Positions 1 to 10,211 of a DNA stretch of 62,673 bases are shown piece by piece (position 1 is the stretch's first letter; each line of letters begins with the position of its first letter). The notes beneath the pieces were generated by a model. That model was not told the origin of the DNA, searched no databases, and worked only from the letters and a program-made list of their open reading frames with translations. The stretch is from a virus. Lineage: Duplodnaviria > Caudoviricetes. The stretch lies in the IMG/VR virus record IMGVR_UViG_3300006751_000010, positions 1 to 62,673 of that record, one strand, 5' to 3'. Made by a program: the position numbers and the translations under genes.

Positions 1-307
1 AAAAGTCTGCTGTTAAAGGAATAACATCATGTTGAAAACATATAATATATTTACAATTAGGTCTATTTTTATTTATCCAATCTATAAGAGTTTGTGTGGC
101 CATTTGCACTCCAGTAGATTTATTTTCTAAAAAAACAATATTATGTTGATTACAAATAGATTTACCTTTTTGCAATTCTTGACTACAAGAACCGTCGTCG
201 ACATTTATAAATTCAAACCCGTCGAAATTTATATGTTTAAGAACTTCTCCTTGTAACATATCGTAATTATTCCTAGAAGAAACGTATATAATTATATTAT
301 CTTTCAT
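1..307 (-). CDS. GT2-family glycosyltransferase, partial (runs off left edge)
   Basis: Not in the ORF track. ATG at 307 overlaps the stop of 304..1323 (ATGA). Manual translation MKDNNIIIYVSSRNNYDML...FINVDDGS...YIICFQHD shows the GT-A 'VDDGS' motif and an xHD (DxD-like) motif. Confidence 0.75.
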   Translation of the reverse strand, partial: MKDNIIIYVSSRNNYDMLQGEVLKHINFDGFEFINVDDGSCSQELQKGKSICNQHNIVFLENKSTGVQMATQTLIDWINKNRPNCKYIICFQHDVIPLTADF

Positions 308-1323
308 AAAAACTTTTTAATATTATTTAACATGATTTTAGTCGAATTAAAATCAATTCCTCCTTCAATTGTATTTTTAATAAAATCATGTTTTGTTTCA
401 TAATTATCTATATATGTTATTATATCATCTGTTAAATTAAAAACTCCATCATAATCATGAAATGCTCCAATTTGTCCAGAATTTTTAATAATAACAGTAG
501 GTATGCCTAATTGTATTGATTTAAATGTTAATGTAGATGGCGCAGATATTACAAATTTACTTTCTGCTACTAGTTTATTATCATTAATTGTATCTACTAT
601 AATTTTATATTTTAATGTTTTTGGTAATATAGAACGTAAATATTTAACATTACGATTATAATCTAATTCGTCTGCCCTACTTTTTAATTTAATTGCAATT
701 GGTAAATTATATATATTTTGTAATTTTTTTAAATTAAGTTCTTTTATAAATTTGTCATTAAATACTATAGGAAATGGGCTTTTGCGATTTCCTAAAAAAT
801 TTACAATAATTAATATATGTTTTTTCTCTAAATTTTGATATAGTTTTAATATATCATTTGATGGAATTCCACCTAAAAGACAATGATCATATAATTTTTC
901 TGTTTTTCCAAAAACAAAACATTTGTCAAATGATATTTTATGTGATTTTTTTACGTGCCATGTTTTATCTAAATTCCAATTACCATGACTACATGCAATC
1001 AATGGACATGATTTTAATAAATAAATGTCCATTAAATTAGTTTTTTGAGAATCGCGATTATCATCACTTATTATTAAATCATATTTTTTAAAATTAATTT
1101 TTTTAATCGATCTATTTCCATTATATTTATTATCAAAATAATGTAAGTATGTTTTATCGAAATAGTTTCGTAAATCATAGTCTCCTACCCATCTATGTCT
1201 AGTAGAATCCATTTGATATACTTTTAATAAATCAAGTTTATAATCTTTAGATAAAAAAGGAATTATAGGATATATTCGTTCACCTGTTCGATATTGGGAT
1301 GTTATAAATAATATTCGTTTCAT
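304..1323 (-). CDS. putative GT-B glycosyltransferase / polysaccharide biosynthesis-like protein
   Basis: 339 aa. C-terminal 'FVISAPSTLTFKSIQLGIPTVII' resembles the GT-B donor-binding segment; lies in a GT cluster. Confidence 0.5.
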   Translation of the reverse strand: MKRILFITSQYRTGERIYPIIPFLSKDYKLDLLKVYQMDSTRHRWVGDYDLRNYFDKTYLHYFDNKYNGNRSIKKINFKKYDLIISDDNRDSQKTNLMDIYLLKSCPLIACSHGNWNLDKTWHVKKSHKISFDKCFVFGKTEKLYDHCLLGGIPSNDILKLYQNLEKKHILIIVNFLGNRKSPFPIVFNDKFIKELNLKKLQNIYNLPIAIKLKSRADELDYNRNVKYLRSILPKTLKYKIIVDTINDNKLVAESKFVISAPSTLTFKSIQLGIPTVIIKNSGQIGAFHDYDGVFNLTDDIITYIDNYETKHDFIKNTIEGGIDFNSTKIMLNNIKKFL

Positions 1324-1985
1324 TTGTGATTCTTTATATCAAAATACTGATTGTGTCTAATATCATCATGAATATACTCAAAATCAAAATTATTTTTCCA
1401 AGCTGAATAATTAAAACTAAGTTGGTCTCTTTTAGAACCATATTTAATTTCAGTCCACCAATCTTCCATTACTTTGATTACTGATGTATTATTATGCGCA
1501 CGGTATAATATACCACTTGACAGTAAACCATTGTCTTTCGGATACCCTTTACTAAGATATCGGTTCATTTGTTCTTTGATAATATATGGATTATCCTTAA
1601 ATTGTTTTCCGGGGACTTGGCCTAATGCAAATATTGCATTTGCTTCTTCATATATACAATTTCTTTTATCATAACATTTGGTATGATCATATACTTTCAT
1701 CTTTATAGGTGTAATTTGTTCTAAGAACTCGCCAACTATTTGAAAGTTACCATCTTGCCAAATAGAATAATCATATTCAGGAAACCATCGATGAGGTAAT
1801 ATTTTATATTTTCTAGCAGTTCTCGTATTATCTTCATATAAAGGGAATATTTTACGAATTTCCCATATTTTGCTTTTAATATCTCTATCAGTAAAACATA
1901 CAAAATCAACGCCAGGTGGTTTTACAAGTGGTTCGTTGAGAATATCATATCCTCCAATAATTGCTGTATATACTACTATTTTCAT
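1320..1985 (-). CDS. DUF616/TOD1-MUCI70-like glycosyltransferase
   Basis: Motifs VYTAIIGGYD, CFTD, RKYKILPHRWFPEYDYSIWQDGN and RDQLSFNY are typical of DUF616. Confidence 0.8.
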   Translation of the reverse strand: MKIVVYTAIIGGYDILNEPLVKPPGVDFVCFTDRDIKSKIWEIRKIFPLYEDNTRTARKYKILPHRWFPEYDYSIWQDGNFQIVGEFLEQITPIKMKVYDHTKCYDKRNCIYEEANAIFALGQVPGKQFKDNPYIIKEQMNRYLSKGYPKDNGLLSSGILYRAHNNTSVIKVMEDWWTEIKYGSKRDQLSFNYSAWKNNFDFEYIHDDIRHNQYFDIKNHK

Positions 1986-2827
1986 AAATATATTTCACTT
2001 TTTATATAATTAGATCCTAATTTTCCACGTGGAATAGTATATGTAGGAGCATAGTTTGCAATAGTATCATTAACACCAGTTTGATTTCCAATATTAAATT
2101 TAGCTAACGATTTAATAAATAATTGAATTCGTATATTAATATATCTCATATCTAATGCTTTTTGGAAATTAAAACAATTATCTTGTTTAGATGTCCAATA
2201 AAACATAGGTAAATTATATTCATCTAATTTTTGTTGTATTAATTCTTGATTTTCATTATTATATCGATTGGAAATCAATAATGTACCAAATTCTCCTTTG
2301 CAATGATCATTAATTATATTTTTTGCAAATTGTTTTTCTTTTTCTGTCCAATATATTTCAGGTTCGATATCTTCAAAGTTATCAAATTGCCAAAAACGTA
2401 ATATTTGTTCTAATAATGGCATATCTTCATCTCCATTATATATTCGATAATGATCGTTAAATATATCTCCATCAAATGAATCTATAAATCCATCAACATA
2501 TGGATTATTATCAAAAATAGTATGAACTACTTGAAATGGATCATTCCACGAAGACCAATTATTTTCTAAATGTGCAAACATTTGTCTTAATAATTTTAGA
2601 CTTGGAATCCATACTTTACAATTAGGATATTTTTCTTTTAATTTACGAGGCATTGCTGAAATAATACCCCAATCACCTAAACCAAAACATGTACGTAAAA
2701 TTATAAAATTTTCTTGTTGTAAATATTCATCTGGAATGTATGATGGAGATGAAGTAGGAAATCCTAATTGAGTAACGTCGCCGGCATTAAAAAGTTGATT
2801 ATTATATGTTCTCCAAAATAGTGGCAT
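1982..2827 (-). CDS. putative glycosyltransferase (GT9-like)
   Basis: 'GLGDWGIISAMPRKLKEKYPNC' and 'FDNNPYVD' resemble heptosyltransferase-like N-termini; GT cluster context. Confidence 0.5.
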   Translation of the reverse strand: MPLFWRTYNNQLFNAGDVTQLGFPTSSPSYIPDEYLQQENFIILRTCFGLGDWGIISAMPRKLKEKYPNCKVWIPSLKLLRQMFAHLENNWSSWNDPFQVVHTIFDNNPYVDGFIDSFDGDIFNDHYRIYNGDEDMPLLEQILRFWQFDNFEDIEPEIYWTEKEKQFAKNIINDHCKGEFGTLLISNRYNNENQELIQQKLDEYNLPMFYWTSKQDNCFNFQKALDMRYINIRIQLFIKSLAKFNIGNQTGVNDTIANYAPTYTIPRGKLGSNYIKSEIYL

Positions 2828-2828
2828 A

Positions 2829-3452
2829 TTATTGTAATGTATTATAATAGTTATTTTGCTGTTCTTGTCTTGTAATAGTTTTTTCGTGTATTAAACACCA
2901 TTCTTTATCTGTAGGTAAATGTGATATAGTTTTATAACCTTCTAATACTTCATGTACCTTATTTTTCCATTGTATTTTGCTGTTATTTTTATATATTCTC
3001 CATTGATAGTCCGGAAAATTTACCCAGCCATGTTCGTTTACTCGCCATCCCCATTTATCAATATGTTGTTGAGTAAGTCCCTCTACCGTATTAATTCTTG
3101 GAACTAATAATACATCTACATCATTTTGTTGTAGAACTTGTGGTAAAATTTTAAAAATATATTCATTAGGTAATTCGTCTGCATCAATTTGATAAATGTA
3201 ATCTCCTTTACACATATCCGTTAATCGATTTTTCATATTAGCAAAATGACCATCAAAAGAATAAAAAAACCAATTAAATTCGTCATTTATTGAATTTTCT
3301 TTTAAAAAAGCTTCTACTGATTCTGATCCATTTTTACTATCAAATAATACTATTACTTCATCATTAATTTGTTTATTCGCGACTAAATATGGTATTAAAC
3401 GTTGGATTTCTGTTAATTCAGTACATACCGTAACAGCGTAACTTATTTTCAT
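2829..3452 (-). CDS. GT2-family glycosyltransferase
   Basis: MKISYAVTVCTE start, YQIDADE (DxD) motif, and PDYQWRIY...VHE. Confidence 0.85.
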   Translation of the reverse strand: MKISYAVTVCTELTEIQRLIPYLVANKQINDEVIVLFDSKNGSESVEAFLKENSINDEFNWFFYSFDGHFANMKNRLTDMCKGDYIYQIDADELPNEYIFKILPQVLQQNDVDVLLVPRINTVEGLTQQHIDKWGWRVNEHGWVNFPDYQWRIYKNNSKIQWKNKVHEVLEGYKTISHLPTDKEWCLIHEKTITRQEQQNNYYNTLQ

Positions 3453-3455
3453 ATT

Positions 3456-4736
3456 TTATGCTTTTTGTAAATTAGGTAATTTTAATTTTGGTAATTCATT
3501 TGTTGATTTTAACTTTGGTAATTCTAATTTTACTTGTTGCGGAATATCTGATACATTTTGTTGAATCATATTAATAATATCTTCATATGATTTAGATATA
3601 TGTTGTTTAGTAAAATTAGATCTAACAAAATATCTTTGCCGTTTTGCTAATTCAGACCATTTTTTATAATTTTTTAAAATGTCTTCAAACATTTTACTAG
3701 CATATTTATAATCTACAGAAAACCATTTTGCGCCTTTAATAAGAAATTTATCTCTAGCAGATTTATGAATTGGGGTTAATTGACCTGGTAAGGCACATAT
3801 AAAATCTTTTTTGAGAAAATCAACCTGTCCGGAATAATGTGGAGCGAGTATTGGTTTTCCTATAGAGCTAAATTCTAATAAAGGCCGGCCAAACCCTTCT
3901 GATTTTGTAAATGAAACCATTGCTTTAATTTTAGGGTGATTATATAATGCATTCATTTCGCGCGTAGTTAAATCTCCATGTAATAAATATACTGACGGTA
4001 ATTTATTATTTACAAATAATTTAGATATTTCGTTAATACGATTTTCTATATCTAATCTATCTGATACAGAATATGTAGCTCCGCTAGTTTTTAATATTAA
4101 AGCTGGGGTATTGTTTTTATTTTTATATGTATTAAAAAAGCAATGTAATAACCCAGAAAGATTTTTTCTATCTTCTCCTAAATATCCTTTTAACCAATGT
4201 CCTACACATAAAAACGCTTTAGACTCTTTTACTTGTTGATCGATAACTGAGATATTTGTTGTTACATTTTTATTATCATATAATGTATCATCAAAATATT
4301 CAGAAATAACTTGTATATTTGTTGTTATTGGTTTATTATGTTGTTTTGCTGTATCTTCAAATACTTTCTTCGTAAAATTACTAGGAACAATAGTTATTTG
4401 CATTTTATTTATATTATCAATCCATTCAGGAGGACAAATATCTCCTTCAGTGCCAGCCGTAACGCCGATATTATATTTGCCGACGGGTTGAAATTCATTG
4501 GGTACTGTAATTTGTACCCAAATATCTGGTTGTGATGTTAGTGGTAAAGGAATTATCTGGGCTTGCCACTCGGTTGGTATAGGATATGTAAATGGTGTAT
4601 GTCCCCATGGCATGGATAATAATTTAATGTTCCAATCATTTGGTTTTTTATCAAAAAAATTACTAATAACTTCTCGAGCGTGATGGCCATAGCCACTTTG
4701 TGTAGCAACTGGTGATGATATGATTACTGTTCGCAT
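3456..4736 (-). CDS. GT4-family (GT-B) glycosyltransferase
   Basis: N-terminal SGYG; EGFGRPLLE (E-x7-E) signature. Confidence 0.85.
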   Translation of the reverse strand: MRTVIISSPVATQSGYGHHAREVISNFFDKKPNDWNIKLLSMPWGHTPFTYPIPTEWQAQIIPLPLTSQPDIWVQITVPNEFQPVGKYNIGVTAGTEGDICPPEWIDNINKMQITIVPSNFTKKVFEDTAKQHNKPITTNIQVISEYFDDTLYDNKNVTTNISVIDQQVKESKAFLCVGHWLKGYLGEDRKNLSGLLHCFFNTYKNKNNTPALILKTSGATYSVSDRLDIENRINEISKLFVNNKLPSVYLLHGDLTTREMNALYNHPKIKAMVSFTKSEGFGRPLLEFSSIGKPILAPHYSGQVDFLKKDFICALPGQLTPIHKSARDKFLIKGAKWFSVDYKYASKMFEDILKNYKKWSELAKRQRYFVRSNFTKQHISKSYEDIINMIQQNVSDIPQQVKLELPKLKSTNELPKLKLPNLQKA

Positions 4737-6232
4737 ACTATTCCTAAATTTTTATATTTTTTTGGTGTTACTTTATTTAATGTATATCTTAATTTTGGTT
4801 GTTTTGGTACTTCAAATAAATAATTAATCATTTCGATCATTTTATTTCCCATTTGTTGTCCGGTTAATCCATTTTCTAAACAAAATGATCTTCCAGCAGC
4901 GCCACAATCTTTTCTAACATCGGGTGGTGTTTCCCACCATTGCATAATAGCATTAGCTACATCTTCAAATTTGACTCTATCATCAAAAATATATGGTGTA
5001 GCTGGAGATCCTTGTAATGATCTATTGCTAGGAAAAACAGGAGCCACCCAACGGCCATGTGTTTTATAGTTGCCTCGGTGATTTGTTGCGAAATCACCTG
5101 TAAATTGTAGCCATTTTCCATTTTCATCTAAAAAGCCGCATTGATCTTGTAATCCGCCAGTTACATTATTAATAATTGGAGTTTCAGATAATAATGCTTC
5201 TGTACTACTGAGTCCCCATCCTTCATTTGATGCTATATTAATAACGACATCTGCTACATTATACATTGCGTTTAATTCAGGTGCGGATAATTTTGATTCA
5301 GAAAATAATATTTTACAATTTGGTGCTAATATGTCTCCGATCGCTCTTAAATCTGTTCCATTGCTATCTACAACAACAGTATGCATTAATAATGCTACTC
5401 TAGATTGATCTTCTTTTGGTAATTTATCAACAAATGTTTTAAATGATAATATTACATCTCCTGGTTGTTTTCTTCTTATATTTCGATTATTCCAAAATAC
5501 AATAAAATCTACATTATTTTTTAATTTAATCTCTTTATGTAATTTTTTATATAATTCATCAGAATCATCTAATGGTTTAAATATATTATGATTTAATCCA
5601 TGAGGAACATATCCAGTAATTGTAGTATCTGAATATTTAAATTGATCTAATTTATTATCTTTATCATAATTTATAACATTAAATCCATTTTGAGTTAAAA
5701 CTTCCCGGTGGATGTTATCAGACTGACTACTTATACCCATAATAAGATCACAACTTGCATAAAATGGAGCATTCCACATTGGATATGGGAGATCATCCCA
5801 TATAGAATAATAAATAATAGGTATTCCGTATGTTGTTTTAATTTCATGTTCTATTTGATATAGCCACGTCCAATATCTAGGATCAGTAAAATGAAAAATA
5901 GCATCTGGTTTTTCTTGTGTCAGTAATGCAAATAATATATTTCTATCTCCATAACCAGACCACGGAATAATTTTTACTGATGCATCGTGTATTCCGGATT
6001 CTTTTGCGAATTCTGTAGATACGTCTACCCCTTTAGCATGATCCGGATGTTTAAGTGCTGCTCCTAATTGAACCCAATCATATTCTTTTACTGTATTTAA
6101 AATTATTTCTTTACTAATAGTACCTATTCCAGATGGCAATCTTAAATCATCTGAAAGTAATAAAATTTTTTTCTTTTTAATTTTAGGAGTAGTGGAGTCT
6201 ATTTTTTTTAATTTTGGCAATTTTATTTCCAT
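4724..6232 (-). CDS. GT4-family (GT-B) glycosyltransferase
   Basis: LLLSDD..SGIG; RRKQP; SNEGWGLSSTEAL (E-x7-E). Confidence 0.85.
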   Translation of the reverse strand: MEIKLPKLKKIDSTTPKIKKKKILLLSDDLRLPSGIGTISKEIILNTVKEYDWVQLGAALKHPDHAKGVDVSTEFAKESGIHDASVKIIPWSGYGDRNILFALLTQEKPDAIFHFTDPRYWTWLYQIEHEIKTTYGIPIIYYSIWDDLPYPMWNAPFYASCDLIMGISSQSDNIHREVLTQNGFNVINYDKDNKLDQFKYSDTTITGYVPHGLNHNIFKPLDDSDELYKKLHKEIKLKNNVDFIVFWNNRNIRRKQPGDVILSFKTFVDKLPKEDQSRVALLMHTVVVDSNGTDLRAIGDILAPNCKILFSESKLSAPELNAMYNVADVVINIASNEGWGLSSTEALLSETPIINNVTGGLQDQCGFLDENGKWLQFTGDFATNHRGNYKTHGRWVAPVFPSNRSLQGSPATPYIFDDRVKFEDVANAIMQWWETPPDVRKDCGAAGRSFCLENGLTGQQMGNKMIEMINYLFEVPKQPKLRYTLNKVTPKKYKNLGIVCEQ

Positions 6233-6259
6233 TGTAACCTTTTACTTTTATAACTTTTA

Positions 6260-6268
6260 TATAAATAT
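6260..6268 (-). promoter_or_regulatory. late-type promoter motif ATATTTATA upstream of GT cluster
   Basis: Same 9-mer as found before structural genes. Confidence 0.6.
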
Positions 6269-6270
6269 TA

Positions 6271-6675
6271 TTAACCTAAAATAACTACTGGTTTTTTTAG
6301 TTTATTTATGTTAGTATATGCTGTTTTTAATACAGGATCTAATTTTTCTTCGTTAGTCATAATAATCATGTAATCACAATTTTGTGCTAATAATTTCATT
6401 CTATGATGTAATTGACTGAAATGATATTGTTTTCCGTAATATGATTTGGGCATGGCTGAATATAAATTATATCCTGAAAATGATGGATTATATTCTTGAT
6501 ATTTCAATCCAAATTCTAATGTATATTTTCTAACCATACTATTGGCACCTTCTTTTCCTCCTGCTCCTAATACAGTAACATCATCACCGAAACGATGTTT
6601 AAGTTCTGTTAAAGTTTTTTGAACTTTTCTTCGATTTTGCCAATTTGTATTTCCTAGTACCGCTACTTGTTTCAT
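6271..6675 (-). CDS. SLOG/YspA-like (DUF2493-like) protein
   Basis: Likely start is MKQVAVLG at 6675 (ATGA overlap). Rossmannoid 'VAVLG...GAGGKEGAN...AQNCDYMII...KKPVVIL'. Confidence 0.55.
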   Translation of the reverse strand: MKQVAVLGNTNWQNRRKVQKTLTELKHRFGDDVTVLGAGGKEGANSMVRKYTLEFGLKYQEYNPSFSGYNLYSAMPKSYYGKQYHFSQLHHRMKLLAQNCDYMIIMTNEEKLDPVLKTAYTNINKLKKPVVILG

Positions 6676-7628
6676 TCTCGTATTCTCTCCTGTTTTGGAC
6701 AATTAACTTCATCTGTTTTAAATGGGCACCATTTGCAATGTTTATTACCTTTGCCGGCAATTGCTAAATAGTTAGCGGAGGTATTTTTATTTCCGTCTTC
6801 ATCAAAACAATTTGATATAAATGCATCTATACTTTTTTGAACTTTTCTTTGAGTAACAGTACCAGCTGCTGGTCTGTGAATTTGTATACGTTTTTGTGGA
6901 AACATTGAATTTTCAATTAATTTTCTTTTAACTATAAAAAATTCAACATCTATTTTTTCTTTAGGTATTCCAAATTGTTTAGAAAAATAATTTTTATATG
7001 CAACTAATTGTGCTGATTTTATATTATCCGCTTTTTGCCATTTATTCCAACCCATTCGGCTAGTTTTTATATCATATATAGTTATACTATTAGTTGGAAT
7101 ATGTCTAACAACTAAATCTATAAATCCATACCAATATACAGACGAATTTTCTTCAGAAGCTTGAGAACATAATTCAACTTCGATTCCAACTAATTCATAA
7201 TTTTTAGTAGAAAAATATTGAGCTCGTTTCTTTTTAAACCAATCTAATATAGCAATACCATCTTCTAAATATTCAGTTAATTCGTCAGGATTAGAAAAAT
7301 GTTCTCCATTATTTTTTTCTACAGATTCAGTATATTCTTTTCTTAAATTATTAATTAACATCGTAGATAAATCTAATTTATCTGCTTGTTTAACTGAGTC
7401 TGTATATAATATGGTTAAATAGTCTTGAAGTGTTTCATGAAATGCAGTACCAAAACTTAAATTAATGCCATAATTAAATGGAGCTAATCCGTCTATATAT
7501 GATAATTTCCATTGTTTAGGACATTTTTCATACATTGACCATTGTGAGTATGATATACGTCTAGGTACTTGTGTTGCATCCCTTAAGGATAACTTATAAA
7601 TTGGATTAATATAATTGCCGCTTTTCAT
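6672..7628 (-). CDS. PD-(D/E)xK RecB/Cas4-like exonuclease
   Basis: SYSQ..CP, FGTAFHE, GFIDLV, IYDIKT, QLVAY, C-terminal CKWCPF..C (Fe-S ligands). Confidence 0.85.
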   Translation of the reverse strand: MKSGNYINPIYKLSLRDATQVPRRISYSQWSMYEKCPKQWKLSYIDGLAPFNYGINLSFGTAFHETLQDYLTILYTDSVKQADKLDLSTMLINNLRKEYTESVEKNNGEHFSNPDELTEYLEDGIAILDWFKKKRAQYFSTKNYELVGIEVELCSQASEENSSVYWYGFIDLVVRHIPTNSITIYDIKTSRMGWNKWQKADNIKSAQLVAYKNYFSKQFGIPKEKIDVEFFIVKRKLIENSMFPQKRIQIHRPAAGTVTQRKVQKSIDAFISNCFDEDGNKNTSANYLAIAGKGNKHCKWCPFKTDEVNCPKQERIRE

Positions 7629-7664
7629 TATTTATATAATAATAAATTTTACAATAATATCCAA

Positions 7665-8108
7665 TTATTTTATACCTTTTAATAATCGTTTTTTATCTGT
7701 TAATGAATATCCATATAATGTTAAAATATATTCACATTTTTCTTTGTTCATTAATCCAATATATTCAGTAGCTTCAGATTGACTTATTTGATAATGCTCT
7801 GCTAATTGTTTAACTAACTCTTTATTGTATTTATCTGCAGCTTTCCCTTTTATATATTTTGCAAAGCTTTTAGATTGAGGTAACATATCATGATATAATC
7901 GATAAGTGTCTTTTGGAGACAACGTGCCTATAGTAAAATGTTGAAATGCATTGATTATTTCAACTAATTCTTGTCTCATTGATAGCCATCTATTAACGAT
8001 GAATGGAGAAAATTTCTTTTGGTCTATATCAGAATATTTATTCCAATCTTTCTTTTTATGGGTTATCCCAGCAATAAAATCAAATATAGTTGCAGGTTTT
8101 TTTGACAT
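7665..8108 (-). CDS. clamp loader small subunit (gp62-like)
   Basis: 'FSPFIVNRWLSM' and 'AEHYQISQSEATEY' resemble gp62; lies downstream of the gp44/gp45-like genes. Confidence 0.65.
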   Translation of the reverse strand: MSKKPATIFDFIAGITHKKKDWNKYSDIDQKKFSPFIVNRWLSMRQELVEIINAFQHFTIGTLSPKDTYRLYHDMLPQSKSFAKYIKGKAADKYNKELVKQLAEHYQISQSEATEYIGLMNKEKCEYILTLYGYSLTDKKRLLKGIK

Positions 8109-8109
8109 A

Positions 8110-8319
8110 TTATAATTTATATTTTTGTATATATTTTTCCTTTAAACGTTTGCCCATTCCAATTTCTAATATAATTGCATTTTCGGGTATTCCAATTATT
8201 TTCTTTTGGTTAAGTATATCATCTATACATTTATTCCGGAAAGTTTTAATTTTTGTTCTAGCATTAGACCTATTAGATGTTTTAAAAACTATACTTACTA
8301 AATCTTTATGTATTTTCAT
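8110..8319 (-). CDS. hypothetical basic protein
   Basis: 69-aa ORF tiling tightly between neighbours. Confidence 0.55.
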   Translation of the reverse strand: MKIHKDLVSIVFKTSNRSNARTKIKTFRNKCIDDILNQKKIIGIPENAIILEIGMGKRLKEKYIQKYKL

Positions 8320-8561
8320 TTATCATTTGATTTAATATCGTCTTCTTTTTCTTGTTCAACTGGTCTAAATTCTTCTGGTATAAAGCCACAATCATCGCAA
8401 CGAAATGTAGGTATTGGTATTACCGAGTCTTGTGCTTCACCTGTTAATAATTTAGAAACTTTATTAATTGCTAAAACTTGTCGAAAGTATACACCTCCAC
8501 AATTATCGCATGTTATCGGCTTCATATCCGACGGTTTGATTTTTGGGTTTAAGTCCATCAT
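8316..8561 (-). CDS. small zinc-ribbon protein
   Basis: CDNC...CDDC pairs in 81 aa. Confidence 0.65.
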   Translation of the reverse strand: MMDLNPKIKPSDMKPITCDNCGGVYFRQVLAINKVSKLLTGEAQDSVIPIPTFRCDDCGFIPEEFRPVEQEKEDDIKSNDK

Positions 8562-8564
8562 AAT

Positions 8565-9491
8565 TTATATCTCATTTAAAAGTTTAACAAACATGGCCAT
8601 GGCATTTATTTCATGATCAACTACCATGGCATCTTGGTATTGAGCTTCAGCTATAATTAGTATAACCGGAGCAATATGTCCTATAGCAAATTCATCTAAA
8701 TTATCAAATAAAAATCTATATAGTGCAGTAAAATCTCTAACTTTACTATCAGCTATTTTTTGTCTTATTTTAGTAAATGATTGCTTTTTATTTTTTTCAT
8801 TTTTTAATATATCTAATACCTCTGTCATATAATTAGCTTGTGCGACACTATTTTTGTCTAAAACTAATTTATTTTTTACAACGTGGCTTTGTGCAGAATT
8901 AATTGCACGACGAATATCTGGATAACTGGAATTAATAATTACAGCAATATCTTTAACATCAAATTCAACTTCATTGTCAGTTAATACTGTTACTAACCTC
9001 TGTGCTACATCTGTTTTATTAGGAGGAGTAATAGCAAATGTCTGACATCTGGATTGTATTGGATCTATAATTTTTTCAACGTAATTACATGTTAATATAA
9101 ATCTTGTAGTTTTGCTATATGTTTCCATTAAATTACGTAATGCAGCTTGTGCATTAGGTGTTAGATAATCTGCTTCATCTAATATGATTATTTTCCATCG
9201 TTTAAATCCAACAGTTGAAGCATATCTTTTTATCTTATCTCTAACGGCGTCTACTGAGTTTTCATCTGATGCATTTATATACATTATATCAGCGTCTACT
9301 GAATTTGCAATAATTTTAGATAAAGTAGTTTTTCCTGTTCCTGCAGGACCGTAAAATAATAAATGAGGAACGTCTCCGTTTTCAATAAAAATTTTAACTT
9401 TATCAATAATATGCTCATTACCAATATAGCCATCTAATGTATCTGGGCGAAATGATTCTACCCATAATGTATTTTCTTTTGTTGCAAACAT
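8565..9491 (-). CDS. clamp loader AAA+ subunit (gp44/RFC small subunit-like)
   Basis: LWVE.FRP, GPAGTGKT Walker A, ILDEAD Walker B, SRC motif. Likely start MFATKEN at 9491. Confidence 0.95.
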   Translation of the reverse strand: MFATKENTLWVESFRPDTLDGYIGNEHIIDKVKIFIENGDVPHLLFYGPAGTGKTTLSKIIANSVDADIMYINASDENSVDAVRDKIKRYASTVGFKRWKIIILDEADYLTPNAQAALRNLMETYSKTTRFILTCNYVEKIIDPIQSRCQTFAITPPNKTDVAQRLVTVLTDNEVEFDVKDIAVIINSSYPDIRRAINSAQSHVVKNKLVLDKNSVAQANYMTEVLDILKNEKNKKQSFTKIRQKIADSKVRDFTALYRFLFDNLDEFAIGHIAPVILIIAEAQYQDAMVVDHEINAMAMFVKLLNEI

Positions 9492-9493
9492 AA

Positions 9494-10201
9494 TTAATTT
9501 TGTAATTGAACTAACCAATAATTTGAATCAAAATCATTTCCCGTAAAATCTATACGAGCTAATCCATCTGGCGAAATATACATTTTACCAGAGTCTCCTT
9601 TATTTGCTACAAGAACTTCTTTAAGTTTATCTGCAGAAAAACATATTGGTTCCATTTCATTAGTCCCTCCATCAATTTCAAAAGAAATATTATCTGAATT
9701 AATCGTTGAATAATTAATGATGAATTTAATTTTTCCTTGTTGCACTTGCACTGCAAAATTATTAGCATCTGGTAAAGCATTTTTTGCTTTTATAAATTTA
9801 GATGTAAATTCATCATTTAAATCAATTGTAACTTGATATTCAGGTTCTGCATTAATAGCAGGAACTCCAGGTATTACTGTTGTATCTGCTAACATAAATG
9901 TTGCTTTAGTGGTACCTTCTGATATTTTCATTGCATAATTTTTACCTGCAGCTTCTTGAACATCGATATTTAAATTTTCACCTACAGCTGATAACATTTT
10001 TATTAATGCGCCGGTGTGATTAATTCCTAATTCTCCATTCATGAACGGATCTGTTTTCCATTTTACTTTACCAACTACTGTTTGATCAGCGTCTATTAAA
10101 TCACAACAAACTGTGTCTGTGTTATTTTTAAGAACAACTGCTTCACAATTTCCAGCAAGATAATATCTGTTGATAAAAGATTGTAATTTACTTTTTTCCA
10201 T
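9494..10201 (-). CDS. DNA sliding clamp (gp45/PCNA-like)
   Basis: 235-aa acidic beta-rich protein immediately upstream of the clamp loader; PCNA-like size and C-terminal pattern. Confidence 0.65.
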   Translation of the reverse strand: MEKSKLQSFINRYYLAGNCEAVVLKNNTDTVCCDLIDADQTVVGKVKWKTDPFMNGELGINHTGALIKMLSAVGENLNIDVQEAAGKNYAMKISEGTTKATFMLADTTVIPGVPAINAEPEYQVTIDLNDEFTSKFIKAKNALPDANNFAVQVQQGKIKFIINYSTINSDNISFEIDGGTNEMEPICFSADKLKEVLVANKGDSGKMYISPDGLARIDFTGNDFDSNYWLVQLQN

Positions 10202-10211
10202 TTGTTACTTT

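Noticed and set aside
6672-7628. Cas4-like nuclease as a sign of CRISPR-Cas
   Set aside because: No repeat-spacer array or other cas genes seen; solo Cas4/RecB-like nucleases are common in phages.
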